From NCBI GenBank assembly GCA_030390025.1, contig CM059432.1, forward strand, positions 21,578,001 to 21,642,000: 64,000 nt of DNA, in the 5' to 3' direction. Source of the DNA: Squalus acanthias (Eukaryota). The notes under the pieces are model-generated. The model worked only from the letters and a program-made list of their open reading frames with translations, was not told where the DNA came from and searched no databases. Positions 38,277-50,413 of this stretch are shown here, piece after piece; position 1 is the first letter of the stretch; each line of letters begins with the position of its first letter. Both the position numbers and the translations under genes were made by a program.

Positions 38277-39515
38277 ATGGGAACCATTTATTTCCTTTCC
38301 TCCTGGACATCAGATTCGGACGAAGACCAGCCGCGGCAGCAGCAGAACCCTGAACAACAGCAGCACCAACTGCAGGAACAACAGCAGGATCTCCAAGCTG
38401 CTGCTCACCCACCTGAAGCTGCACAGGCCAGAAGGCACCAGCGCATGGAAGCACGTCGGTGCAGGAGATACCCCCAAAACAGGGTCTACAGACAGAGGAT
38501 CAGCTACCTCAACATGACTGAGCAGCAGTGTTAAAGGAGGCTCCGACTTTCGCGAGAGGTAGTGGGTGACTTCTGCACAATGCTGCAGCAAGAGCTGGAG
38601 CCCAGCGGAGCAGGTGGACATCCCTTACCAGTGGCCGTCAAAGTCACCACCGCACTCAACTTTTTTGCTTCAGGCTCATTCCAGGGATCAGCAGCAGACA
38701 TCAGCGGTGTCTCCCAGGCGGCCGCTCACACTTGCATCACGCAGGTAACAGATGCCCTCTTTGCCATCGCTCATAATAACATCAATTTCTCCAAGGATCA
38801 AGCCAGTGTAACTGCGCATGCGGCTGGGTTTGACAATCTGGCAGGCTTTCCAAAGGTGCAGGGCATCGTTGACTGCACACATGTGGCCCTTAAGGCACCC
38901 CATCACAATCCAGGTATTTTTGTCAACCGCAAGGGCTTCCACTCCCTTAATGTTCAGCTGGTGTGTGACCACAAGAAGGAAATTTTGCATGTTTGCGCCA
39001 AGTACCCTGGCAGTTGCCATGACTCCTTCATCCTGCGCCAGTCTAGTGTGCCTCCACTCTTCAGTCTGCCAGACCAACTTTTCGGATGGCTATTTGGAGA
39101 CAAGGGCTATACCCTGAAGACGTGGCTAATGACGCCGTTGAGGAGCCCATCCAACGAAGATGAGGAGCGCTACAACTCCAGCCACATTTCCACCAGAGCC
39201 ATAATCGAACAAACCATCGGCTTGCCGAAGATGCGCTTCAGATGCCTTGATAGATCAGGTGGAGCCCTGCAGTACTCAGCAGCCAGGGTCTCCAGAATGG
39301 TCGTGGTCTGCTGTGCATTTCACAACATGGCACAGCATCATGGCTTGCAGATGCCTGAGGAACAAGTGGCTCATCACATAGCCTCCTCAGATGAGGAGGA
39401 GGAGGACAGCAACAACGAACAGCTTGCAGAGGCGCATCAACCAGCGGCAGCAGCATGCGAGCACATTGCTGCCCGGGATGCAAGGGACGCACTCATCTTG
39501 GCCAGATTTGCTTAG
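38277..39515 (+). pseudogene. Harbinger DDE transposase (HARBI1-like family), 412 codons with one in-frame stop at 38532-38534
   Basis: ORFs 38277-38534 and 38562-39515 share a frame; [64 protein letters not shown]. Confidence 0.93.
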
Positions 39516-39773
39516 CCTAGACAATCAAGCACTTTTACCTCGCAGCTTCTTACCAGACCATCGACAATGGCCAAGAACCTACAGATTCCTATCACTATGA
39601 CCACCATACTGACAATTGCAAGTCACCCTAAGCCCTCAATGTGGAAGTCCCATTTGCAAAATGACACATGCCACAACTTCAACAGTTTGACATCAGCATT
39701 TTTTATCACAACAAGCAACTGATGGCATTTCAAAAATAAACACAACATGACACCCAAGTGACTACCCTTGTGA

Positions 39774-41730
39774 CTACTTGTGCATTATCTTCCTCTTATG
39801 CATGCTCCTACGTGGTGCTTCCCCTGTGGCTTCAGCAGATGTGGAGGCCCCTTGCTTACTTTCTTGCTGCTCCTGCCTCGACACCTTTGGCGGGTGTCCT
39901 CTGGGGTTGCGAGCCTGTGAGGGCTCGGCAACAGTCTGCTGCTCCTGCAGCTGTGCAGGGGTTGAGACGCCGATCTCAGTTGGGTGGGGACTCTGGTGGG
40001 GCTCTGACCGAGGGCTCTGCAGTGGCATGGTCGTGTGAGCGCTTGGAGAGGAGCCCCCACTTCCTTGTTGTCTGCCACCAACATCCCTCTCATGGGTCAA
40101 CCCCACTTCAGACCTAGCAAGTGGCTGGACAGCCCCTTTCTGCACTTCAGTGGGGCCATGAGGACCCGTTTCTGCACTGGAAGTCCTACTCCAGAGGACT
40201 TCCATGAAGGTCTGGTTTCTCTGCTCAGTAGCTGACCATCGCTCCTCAAGAGATGTCAGTCTATTCTGAACAATTACCATGTTTTCACGACCCTGTAGAC
40301 TAAGCTCCTCCATAGCCGTAGCCATCCTCTCCTCTACGGTAGCCATCCTTTCCATGGAGGTTGCCATCCTTTCCGTGGTGATGCGTTCATGCGCCAACGC
40401 CTCCACAAAAGCTCTGCTCATGTTAGCGATGGACTCCTCCATTCGCTCCAAACTTGCAGCGACCCTGGAGACAAAACCTGCCAGAGACTCCTGCACCTGT
40501 TCCTGGAGTTCCAGCACCGCTCTTCTACTGGATGGACCCAGAGGCAGAGGGTCAACATGCAGCTGAGCCAAGCTGGCAGAGTCCTGCGCCCTCTGAAAAG
40601 GACTCTCAACTGCTGTCCCTGTCTCCACCATCTGCTGATGCTCACTTGTGAGCTGTGATACACCAGGTGACAACACTACTCTATCTTGCGCAGTTCCCAC
40701 CGAGGTGTGAGTATCTGCGCTGGTGCTGGGTGCGCTGAATTCTGCTGACGCTACGCCTTCAAAGGTTGCAGCTTCCTCTGAGGAGTCTTGAAGCTCAGGC
40801 TCTTCCTCTTGGACAGTGGGGACAGGGGCTGTCAATGGTCCTGTGGGGAGTAAAGGAAAGAGTTAGAGATTTGAGGTAAAGTTTGCATGCACATTGAATT
40901 GTACAGATGATCATAAATCAATCTGTTAGACCTTCAGAATCATTATCAGTTACTCATGCAATGTCAATGAGAGAGATGCAAAACTATTCTGCCACCAGCT
41001 TGCTGTGATGCACCCGTCTGTCCGTCCCTCACTTGCGCATCCTCCTCCACTCCCACAATCTCCAGGGCTGCCTCCGCAGTGGTGAGCTGGGCTACTGAGG
41101 GTGGCCCTCCTCCTGTCCTCGCCCTCTCCCTCTTATTGTGGGCTCTCTTTTCCTGCAATGAGGGTTGCAAGTGAAGTTTGAGTGAAAATGAGGGAGTGAG
41201 TGTAGAGATTCCATAGCATAGATGCTTAGAAGGAGACAAAGATGGAGTGAGGTGCCAAGACCAAGGGCCCTCCCTGTGTGTTGTAAGTTGTTGTCATAGC
41301 ATCACAGTGATAGCGAGTGTGAGGGCTGCATAGTCGAATAGTTAAGTGAATGTGAACATACAGAGAGAGGGAATGGGTAAGGGTGCAGGGATGTCAGTGT
41401 CAAGTGGGATGTGGAGGAAGAGGTTGGCAAAGCTGAGTGCTGGTGAGGAGAGGTGATGGGGATCAGATTGAGGGTGATGGGAAAGTCAAACTCACTTTTC
41501 CTGTGAAGGTCATGAAACCTCTTCCTGCACTGCAGCCAGGTTCTGCGGCACATAGACATTGAGTTGACCTCCTGGGCCACTTGCATCCACACAGCTTTAG
41601 TCTGCTGGGGAGGCTTTTTCCTCCCTGAGGAAGGGAAGAGCACCTCCTTATTTGATCTTGCTCCCTCCACCAGAGCTTGCAGGGCGGTGTCATCGAACCG
41701 TGGAGCACACTTTGGCCTACTGCTGGACAT
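39774..41730 (-). pseudogene. Harbinger Myb/SANT-like DNA-binding protein gene; exons 41730-41496, 41152-40996, 40840-39774
   Basis: Exon 1 Myb motif PRFDD..W..VAQEV..RTWLQCRKRFHDL; exon 2 EKRAHNKRERARTGGGP; canonical GT/AG with consistent phases once a 5-bp deletion at the end of exon 1 is repaired from the copy at 18661-18681. Confidence 0.88.
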
Positions 41731-43489
41731 ATTTGCTGAATGAAGCGATCACAACAATGGGCATAAAGTTTAAAGTCTCCACAAGAAGCAAGGCTGCTTG
41801 CAGGCCTTAAATCCAGCAGCACTGATGACGTCATCGGAGGCGACTTTCAGGATGGAAAGATTCATTGGGCCAGGGGTTCCCACACGCTAGAAATCAAGTG
41901 CACAATTAGGGGAAAATCGCACTTTTTTCCCACTTCACATCGGAGTCGGGTTCCTGACACAAAAAACACCTGACACGCCCCCTGCCCGCCCCAATGGCAA
42001 AATCCAGCCCATTGAGTGTGTCAAAGACTTGGTCGAGCACAATAAAAGGATTAACTTGCAAACCATATTTGGTTGTCCGATTCGAATGTTCTTACAACTC
42101 AACAAAAAGGAATTATTGCTTCAATCATGATTGAGTGAATGTTCTATCTTCAAAGGATTTAAGAAGGTAAAACCAAGGCGTGTTCTGGGTTCTTTAGTTC
42201 TGACATGGCTGCAGGTATTCATACAGAGGTGTAAAAGTCTGAATATTTTGGCTTATGTACTCCATGTGTGAACCTTGAGGTTGTGCTCCATTTACAAAGG
42301 GGCAGAGAAAACCATTGTTTCACCCTGAGCCTGTTCCATTTCAAGAGACAATAAGGAAACTCGGAGAAGTATCTGACCCTTTCATTGGATATTCTAGCTA
42401 TTCGTTTAAAATCTTATTTTATCTTTGTTGTGCATCAAACATCTTTGCTTCAGTATATTATTTGATTGGAAATAAATGTGATGAGCTGTTTTAGTCTGTA
42501 CACAGCAGGTTTAGCGTATGATACTTTTCATCTCTCAGGAGACTGAAGGCACAGTGGGAATCCGATGTAAACGCCAGCAAGCAATTTACCACAATCAGGG
42601 TCAATTGTTAAACCTACTCTACACTAGCACAGATGGCAGAAAGTGGAAAATGCATATCTCAGATAGTCTAGCTATTGAAACGGAAAACAATGTTCAAGAA
42701 GTTTGAACTGTAAAATGCCCTTCTGTAATGTGAAGGTTACCATTTTTCTCTTAGACAGGTTACAGTATTTATATGAACACAAAGCACAATACGATTGTCA
42801 GTTAAATATTTATGAAGCTCCTGCAACTGATGCGGCCCATCAGGTCTTCTTGAGAGCACCTTCTGTTTCCCCAGAGGTAGATCGAGATATTTTACGGATG
42901 TCAGCCCCTAGTTCAACCCCTCCCCCTCTGGGAGCACCGCGTATAGAGTTAGATTAGGACCCACATTAAAAATGATCACTAGGACCACAGGAGCACAGTA
43001 GCAAACATAAAACAGTGCATGCATTTCTATTATGTTATACATAAATACAACTCTTCACATATCACATCGTACATGCACTCCCGTAAATGTTGAAACACTT
43101 GGGACACTTGCAGACCTGCACAGTAGTTCATATTGCAATTAATGAAGTGTTGTCCCTAATTATAACATTACAGAGTTTTGCAAACCCCAAGGGGTATAAG
43201 CACATATGCATGTTGATAAGTTACTGGTAAGAGGCAGCTTAACTGTGGGCAAGCAGACAGGATGGACATCACTGCAGCCAATGCCAGGAAAATGTCCTAG
43301 TTCAACAGTTTAGGAGAAAAAGCCGTCAATCAATTGATGCCACTTTTCTCATGCTGCCAGTAGTCCCTTATTATTGTTGTCCCTCTTGTCCTTCTCTTTC
43401 CCTGATGTTTGCTGATCATTGGAGAACTTCGTTCTGATGCCTCTATCAATAGTAAAGTTATACCATTTTAACCACCCTTTCAAGAGCAT

Positions 43490-44145
43490 ACATCATGAAA
43501 CTGATCCAAGCACCTGATGCACTGTTTGAACACATCAAAGGTCAGCTGTATCAACACACTGGCCTAGACCTGGGCCTCCTTGTCCCCATCTCAGCGTGTG
43601 CATGGGCTGCACAAATCTATCATAAGTCAGAATTGCAACACATAACCATAGCTCCCAGCAGCCAGTTGTCATTCCTTTCCTTTGCTTGGAAATGTTTGGT
43701 GATGTTAAACTGTCGCAGGATGTATGAATCACAGATACTCATGAAGCAGGTACCAACATGCATAATCCTAAATCAGTGGTTGCTGGATAGCACGGAATAG
43801 CTAACATGGGTCAATTGATAATTACCTAGAGAACGACAAGTTGGTGCAAGCCCTGCCAACTTTGGAACTGCAAATACTGATCAATGCTGAAATTGATATA
43901 CCGCTCTGCATGGTCAATTGGCACTTCAGTCACCTGTTTAACAGCTCTGTGAGATGAATAGTGGCTCAGACATGTGATATCTCTCATTGGGCCCGGAAGC
44001 TACCAGTAGTAAAGAAATTGAGAGCTGTCATTATGCTTGACTACTACTTAGTATTGAAGAGGTTGGTAACCACCTCCTTGAATAAGATCACACACAGCTG
44101 CTCTGATCCAGAGAGGCAGCTGCTGCTTGGGCTGTATACATTGCA
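43490..44145 (-). pseudogene. Ancient, heavily decayed Harbinger transposase
   Basis: Manual minus-strand translation gives, in order, MTALNFFTTGSFR, AVKQVTE..YINF, DSYILRQ..WLLG, KQCIRCLD; many stops and frameshifts. Confidence 0.75.
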
Positions 44146-45887
44146 GCGGTAGCAGTGAGTCTTCTATGATGTCTGCACTCCCATTCCGTCTCCGGCAGTG
44201 AAGTAAAATTAAATAAAATTAAGAAAGATCAGTGAAAAATTGGGCTTGATCTATGCAAAACTGGAAAGGTTTGCTCAAAGTATCACCTGGGCCACCAGCG
44301 CAAAGACTCCCATGACTGCTTGGTGAAATTCATTCTTTGTTGGTGCCATGAAAGTTACTTCTTTCTGCTGCATGTAAGGGTTTGGGTGCGGGTGGAATGT
44401 GCTTGGGCAGTCTGGGTCCGCAGTCGAACTCTGCCATTAATTTGGCTAGCTCACTCAGACAAGCTCATGAAAAGAAAAACAGAAAAATTACAATGGTGCA
44501 GCTATGGGCGCCCTTCTCGTCTGAGATTGGGCGAAGGTCCATTGTTAGGGCAAAATAAAGGGGGCTTTGCTCTTCAGCTGCTCTGTGCTAAGAGTGCCCA
44601 AGGCTGACTGTGGACCAACAATACAGTCCCCATACAGAGCTGGCACTCTTCAGGGTCACTGTGTGCTTGTGCACGAATGAGCTGACCTCACCTCATAATG
44701 CGAGGTTAGATCATTAAAGTATATTTTGACGGTGCCCCCTGTGTTGTGTGTAAGGGATGATGTGCTGTGAGCACCAGGGGCTGGGCATGGGCTACAATTT
44801 CAGGCCAGTCAAAAGTTGCTGCCAAGTTGAGTAGTGGCAGCATCATTTTTAGGTGTGGGGTTGGGTCATGGGGTAATGGGGGACAGAGGTGGCAGGAATG
44901 GCAGGGAGACACCAGGCTGGGGATTTTGTCTTTTTCACTAAGATCATTCCACAGGGGGGCTATGCAGTTGCAGCATTGCTTAGATGTGGGCCCTTAATTA
45001 GAACTTTTTTCGGAGTGAGTATTGACACCACTGTGTCAGCCAATGAGTTGAGGTTTTAATTTGCTCATAAACTGCAGCAAACAGAGACTATTTACTCAGC
45101 AAACGGAGTCTATTTACGAATAGACCAAACTCATGACCAAAACTGCAGCAAACAGTGAGTACAACAGGATTATTTCTCTAGCAAATTGCAGTAAGTGGTG
45201 GACAGTTACATACTACAAATTATGTGAGTAAAATCAATCCCAGTCACATACTCCAGGTATGATTGATGGGGGAATTAGCCAATCATCTCCATTCTAACCG
45301 GGACTTGTAGTGTCACTATATGCAGCTTTCTAAAGGGGCCTTGTGCACAGGCCCTCAGCACCCTTGGTGCTGGCCAGTCACGTGGACCCCACTGCATAAC
45401 TCGGCCTGTTGCAGGCCTCATGCCTCTGTGACAGATAACACAAGGAGTGGAGCCCAAGCCGCTTCAGTGCAGCAGGCAGTCACCATCTCATTATCAGCCC
45501 CACTGCGCGTCTAAAATGTAAATGTGTTTCATGTCTCAGCATTTCAGTTTGATAAGCACAGAAATGAATCAATTCTCCTGAGGACAATGCTCCAATTACA
45601 TGAACAATGTCTATTCCCCTGTACATACTTCATGAAGCAACGGTTAAAGTGTGGTCTGTAACAGAAGCGTAAGGGGTGCAATCACAAGAACTTACAGAAA
45701 CCACTTGAGCATCAAGAGGATAACAGTATCATCAGCATCCTGTGATTGTGTTACAGCTTGATAACACACTCCAAACCTAACTGTTACCCTGCATATAATG
45801 ATCAACTTAATGTTCTATTCAGGTCTTACCCTCATTTTGCTTTTGTTTGCCAGTGTGTACTGCACTAAACTAGTCTGATCCAGTATC

Positions 45888-45930
45888 TCTTCTTCTTAGG
45901 CAGTCCCTCGGAACCGAGGATGACTTGCCA
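45888..45930 (-). mobile_element. ~40-bp extreme 3' end of an RTE LINE
   Basis: TCTTCTTCTTAGGCAGTCCCTCGGAACCGAGGATGACTTGC, matching 46101-46140. Confidence 0.7.
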
Positions 45931-46195
45931 GTATAAATAGAGCTCTTTTTCCCTCAGCATCTTTTCTCCACTAATTGTCTCTACTCCATCCCCACATCCC
46001 TGCCCCCCACCAAACCCCCACCCCCGCCACAGCCACTCCATAATACTTCCTTTCCCGAAGGTGTCCACTCTTTGCTGAGGCATGCTTCAAATATCTTCTT
46101 TTTCTTCTTAGGCAGTCCCTCGGAACTGAGGATGACTTGCTTCCACATTAAAAATGAGTTCTCAGGTGACTGATGAGTCCAATGTGGGACCTACA

Positions 46196-46854
46196 GGGCT
46201 CGATTTTGCCAGGCCCGAGGAGGCGGGAATGGAGGCGTGTGGGGTGTTAAAATTGCAAAAAATGGCAGGCGGGCCTGACCCCGCCTCCATCCCGCCTCCG
46301 AGCAATTTTCCCAAATGCGTGGTTTCTGATCCTGTCTCCGTCCTTAAGGTCCTTAACAACCACTTAATTGCCTCTATAATCCCATTTTGAGAGGCCTTTC
46401 TGATTTTAACACTTTTCCGACGTGATGCACGCCTCCTCTGAAACACGACGGTGAAACCTGGCAGTAGCACACTTGGATTGCTGACTATCAGCTGCAGCTC
46501 CACCATTAAAAAGGAGATTTGATGAATCATCATTCTGGGGGGGTGGTGGTGAAAAAAAAAATGAGGAGCAGATTTAGGTCTCCTACTGCTCATTTTGCCT
46601 CCAGGTCCCTCTCACAGCAAAGGCCAAAAGGTTGGCAATCTTTGCAGACCTTAAATTCAGCAGCAATGATGACATCATCAGAGGCGACTTTCAGACTGAA
46701 AAAACTAATTGGGTCATGGGTTCCCACATGCTGGAACTCAATTGCCCAATTAGGGGAAAATCAAATAATTCTCCCACATCCAATTGAAGTCGGGTGGCTA
46801 ACACGAAAAGTGGATGACACGATCCCAGCCCACCCCAGTGACAAAATCGAGCCC
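46196..46854. mobile_element. Harbinger MITE
   Basis: TIRs GGGCTCGATTTTG / CAAAATCGAGCCC; TSD ACA; removal restores CDRDC|RSHIGLISHLRTH. Confidence 0.94.
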
Positions 46855-49800
46855 ACAGTCTCTGTCACAGGTGGGGCAGACGGCGGGTGGGCGGGGTGCT
46901 TGGGTTGACGTGCGCTCCTCCCGCTGTTTGCGCTTGGCTTCCGCTTGCTCCCGGCGCAGAGACTCGAGGTGTTCGGCGCCTTTTCGGATGCTTCTCCTCC
47001 ACTTTGTGCGGTCTTGGGCCAGGGATTCCCAAGTTTCGGTGGGGATGTTGCACTTTTTCAAGGAGGCTTTGAGGGTGTCCTCTGCCCACCTGGGGCTCTC
47101 TTGCCGTGTCGGAGCTCCGAGAAGAGCGCTTGTTTTGGGAGTCTCGTATTGGGCATGCGGACGATGTGGCCCATCCATCAGAGCTGATTGAGCGTGGTGA
47201 AAGCTTCGATGCTGGGGATGTTGGCCTGAGCGAGAACACTGACGTTGGTGCGCCTATCCTGCCAATGGATTTGCAGGATCTTGCAGAGGCAGCATTGGTG
47301 GTACCGCTCCAGTGCTTTGAGGTGCCTGCTGTACATGGTCCATGTCTCTGAAGCATACAGGAGGGCGGGTATCACTACTGCTCTGTAGACCATGAGCTTG
47401 GTGCCGGGTTTGAGGTCCTGGTCTTCAAACACTCTCTTCCTCAGGTGACTGAAGGCTGCACTGGCACACTGAAGGCAGTGTTGGACTTCGCCATCGACGC
47501 CTGCCCTTGTTGACAGTAGGCTCCCGAGGTATGGAAAGTGGTCCACGTTGTCCAAGGCCTCGTCATGGATTTTCATAATCGGGGAGCAGGACTGTGTGGC
47601 GGGGGCAGGTTGGTAGAGGACTTTTGTCTTATGGATGTTTAGTGTAAGGCCCATGCTCTCGTACGATTTGGTGAAGGTGTTGATGATGGTTTGGAGTTCG
47701 ACCTCAGAGTGTGCGCAGACGCAAGCATCGTCTGCATACTGTAATTCAATGACAGAGGATGGGATGACCTTGGATCTGGACTAGAGGTGACGGAGGTTGA
47801 ACAGTTTCCTGTTTGTTCTGTAGATTAGCTCCACTCCAGTGGGGAGCTTACTGAGGGTGAGATGGAGCATTGCAGCCAGGAAGATCGAGAAGAGCGTTGG
47901 TGCGATGACACAGCCTTGCTTGAGCCTGGCCCATACGTGAATTGGGTCTGTGGTGGATCCGTTGGTCAGGATCACGGCTTGCATGTCGTTGTGATGCAGG
48001 CGGAGGATGGTGACAAACTTTTGAGGGCAGCCAAATTTGAGGAGGACACTCCATAACCCCTCACGGTTGACGGTGTCGAAGCCTTTGTGAGGTCAAAGAA
48101 GGCCATGTACAGCGGTTGGTGCTGTTCCCTGCATTTCTCTTGTAGTTGACACGCGGTGAAGATCATGTCCATTGTGCCCCTTAGTGGGCGGAATCCGCAT
48201 TGCGACTCTGGGAGGAGCTCTTCAGCCACTGGGAGAACGCGATTGAGGAGGATTCTTGTGATGACTTTCCCTGTGGCAGACAGCAGGGAGACTCCTCTGT
48301 AATTACCGCAATCGGACTTGTCACCTTTCTTGAAGATGGTCACGATTACGTTTCTGAGATCCCCTGGCATGCTCTCCTCCTTCTAAATAAGAGAAATGAG
48401 TTCATGTATTCGCGCCAATAGTGCTTCTCCGCCATGTTTTAGTGCCATTCCATCTGCTCCTGAGGCCTTGTTGTTCTTCAGTTGTCAGATGGCCTTTTCA
48501 ACCTCATGCCTGGGCTGGGTTGTTCTGAAGTGGTGGCGGGTAGCATACTGCGGGATGGAGTTGATGACACTTGCGTCGAAGACAGAGTCTCGGTTAAGGA
48601 GATTTTCGAAGTGCTCCTTCCAGCGGGCACTGACTGCCTCTCTGTCCTTGATGAGTACCTCTCCGTTCTTGGCCCGCAGTGGGGTAGGACCTTGGGTGCT
48701 TGGGCTGTAGGTGGTCTTGACTGCGCTAAAGAATCCACGCACGTCGTGGTTGTCGGCTAGCTGCTGGATCTCCTGCGCTTTCTCCACCCACCATCTGTTC
48801 TTTAGGTCGCGAGTTTTTTGTTGGACCTCGGCCTTCAGGCGTCTGCAGAGCTGCTTTCTTGCTCTCGAGTTCTGTTGCTGTTTCCAGATCAGGAATGCCT
48901 TGCGCTTGTGGCTTATTAGCTCCTGATCTCCTGGTCATTCTTGTCGAACCAGTCTTGGTGTTTCATGGTTGAGTGACCGAGCGTCTCTTCACAGGTGCTG
49001 ATTATGGAGGCCTTGAGTGCAGACCAGGCACTGTGGACACTCTGTGTCTCTGAATCACTGGGAGTCATCAGGTTGGTTGTGAGGCGCAGGCTGAATAGAG
49101 CTTTCTTAGCGGGGTCTTTGAGTGCTCCAGTGTTGATTTTCCTGCAGCATTGCTTCTGTTGCCGCCGCTGTTTTGGGGCTACGTTGATGGAGATGACAGA
49201 ACGGATTAGGCGGTGGTCAGTCCAGCAGTCGTCAGCTCCTGTCATAGCGCAGGTGATGCGGAAGTCCTTGCGGTCCCTCGCTCAGACGATGACGTAGTCC
49301 AGCAGATGCCAGTGCGTGGAGCGAGGGTGCTGTCATGAAGTCTTGTACTTGTCTCTCTGATGGAACAAGGTGTTGGTTATGACAAGGCCATGTTCTAAGC
49401 ATTTCGTCAGGAGGAGGGTACCGTTGGAGTTGGCTTTCCCTACCCCCTCTCTGCCAATCACACACCCCCAGAGGTCTGTGTCCTTTCCAACTCTGGCGTT
49501 AAAGTTGCCAAGGAGGATCAGATTGTCAGCCGTTGGGACTCGGGACAGGGATTGTTCGAGGCTGGAGTAGAATTCCTCTTTGGTCTTGTCTGTGGCTTCC
49601 ACTGTTGGGGCGTACGCACTGATGACCGTAGCGCACTGGTTCCGAGCTAGGGTGAGCCGCAGAGTCATGAAGCGTTTGTTTATTCCACAAGGGGAGTCTC
49701 TGAGATGTTCAACTAACTCATTTTTTATGGCGAAGCCTACCCCATGGAGGCAGGGTTCTCCTTCAGGTTTGCCTTTCCAGAGGAAGGTATAACCACCGCC

Positions 49801-50213
49801 TAGCTCCTTGAGCTGGCCTTCCCCTGCCCACCGGGTCTCGCTTAGGGCGGCGATGTCTATGTCGAAACATCTGAAGTCCTGGGCAACGATAGCAGTACGG
49901 CGTTCCGGTCTGTCGTTGTTGGGGTTGTCCATGAGGGTCCTAACGTTCCAGGTCCCGAACTTCATTTTAAAGGGTGGAAGATGCCTGTGCGTGAATTCTT
50001 TTAACCAGCTACCACACGGGCTTGACAGAGCAAGGCCTTGGTCCAATGGCAAGGGGATCCAAGACGATTGGAGACCAGGCTCTGCTACATTGGCCTAGCA
50101 CACACACACTAACATAATGCTACTGTCCTCCTCCCTCCTTCCCGCAGGTCCTCTCTGCTTGGGTTTCATAGGCTGCAGTGTGGTCCTCCCGACATCGCTG
50201 CTGGTCCACGCTG

Positions 50214-50413
50214 TGCCACTCCTGGGTCTCGACCTCACTGCTGGGCTCGTCCTCGCTCCTGAGTCTCGTCCTCACCCCTGGGCCTTGTTCTCGCTCCTGG
50301 GTCTCCACCTTGCTCCTGGGTCCCGACCTCGCTCCTGGGTCCCGACCTCGCTCCTGGGCCTCGACCTCACTCCTGGGCCTCGTCCTCGCCCCTGGGCCCC
50401 GACCTCGCTCCTG
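50214..50413. repeat. ~19-bp minisatellite (about 10 units) at the RTE 5' end
   Basis: Unit CCTCGCTCCTGGGTCCCGA with variants. Confidence 0.88.

Larger units (their letters stand above)
37746..42010 (+). mobile_element. Full-length PIF/Harbinger DNA transposon (4265 bp)
   Basis: TIRs GGGCCCGATTTTGCC / GGCAAAATCCAGCCC; TSD ATT; transposase and Myb-like genes convergent. Confidence 0.96.

Noticed and set aside
38562..39515. Host HARBI1 gene
   Set aside because: Flanked by TIRs and a TSD, paired with a Myb gene and carrying a nonsense codon; it is a transposon copy, not a domesticated gene.
42518..42957. Two short ORFs preceded by acceptor-like sequences
   Set aside because: No recognisable domain and no clear donors.
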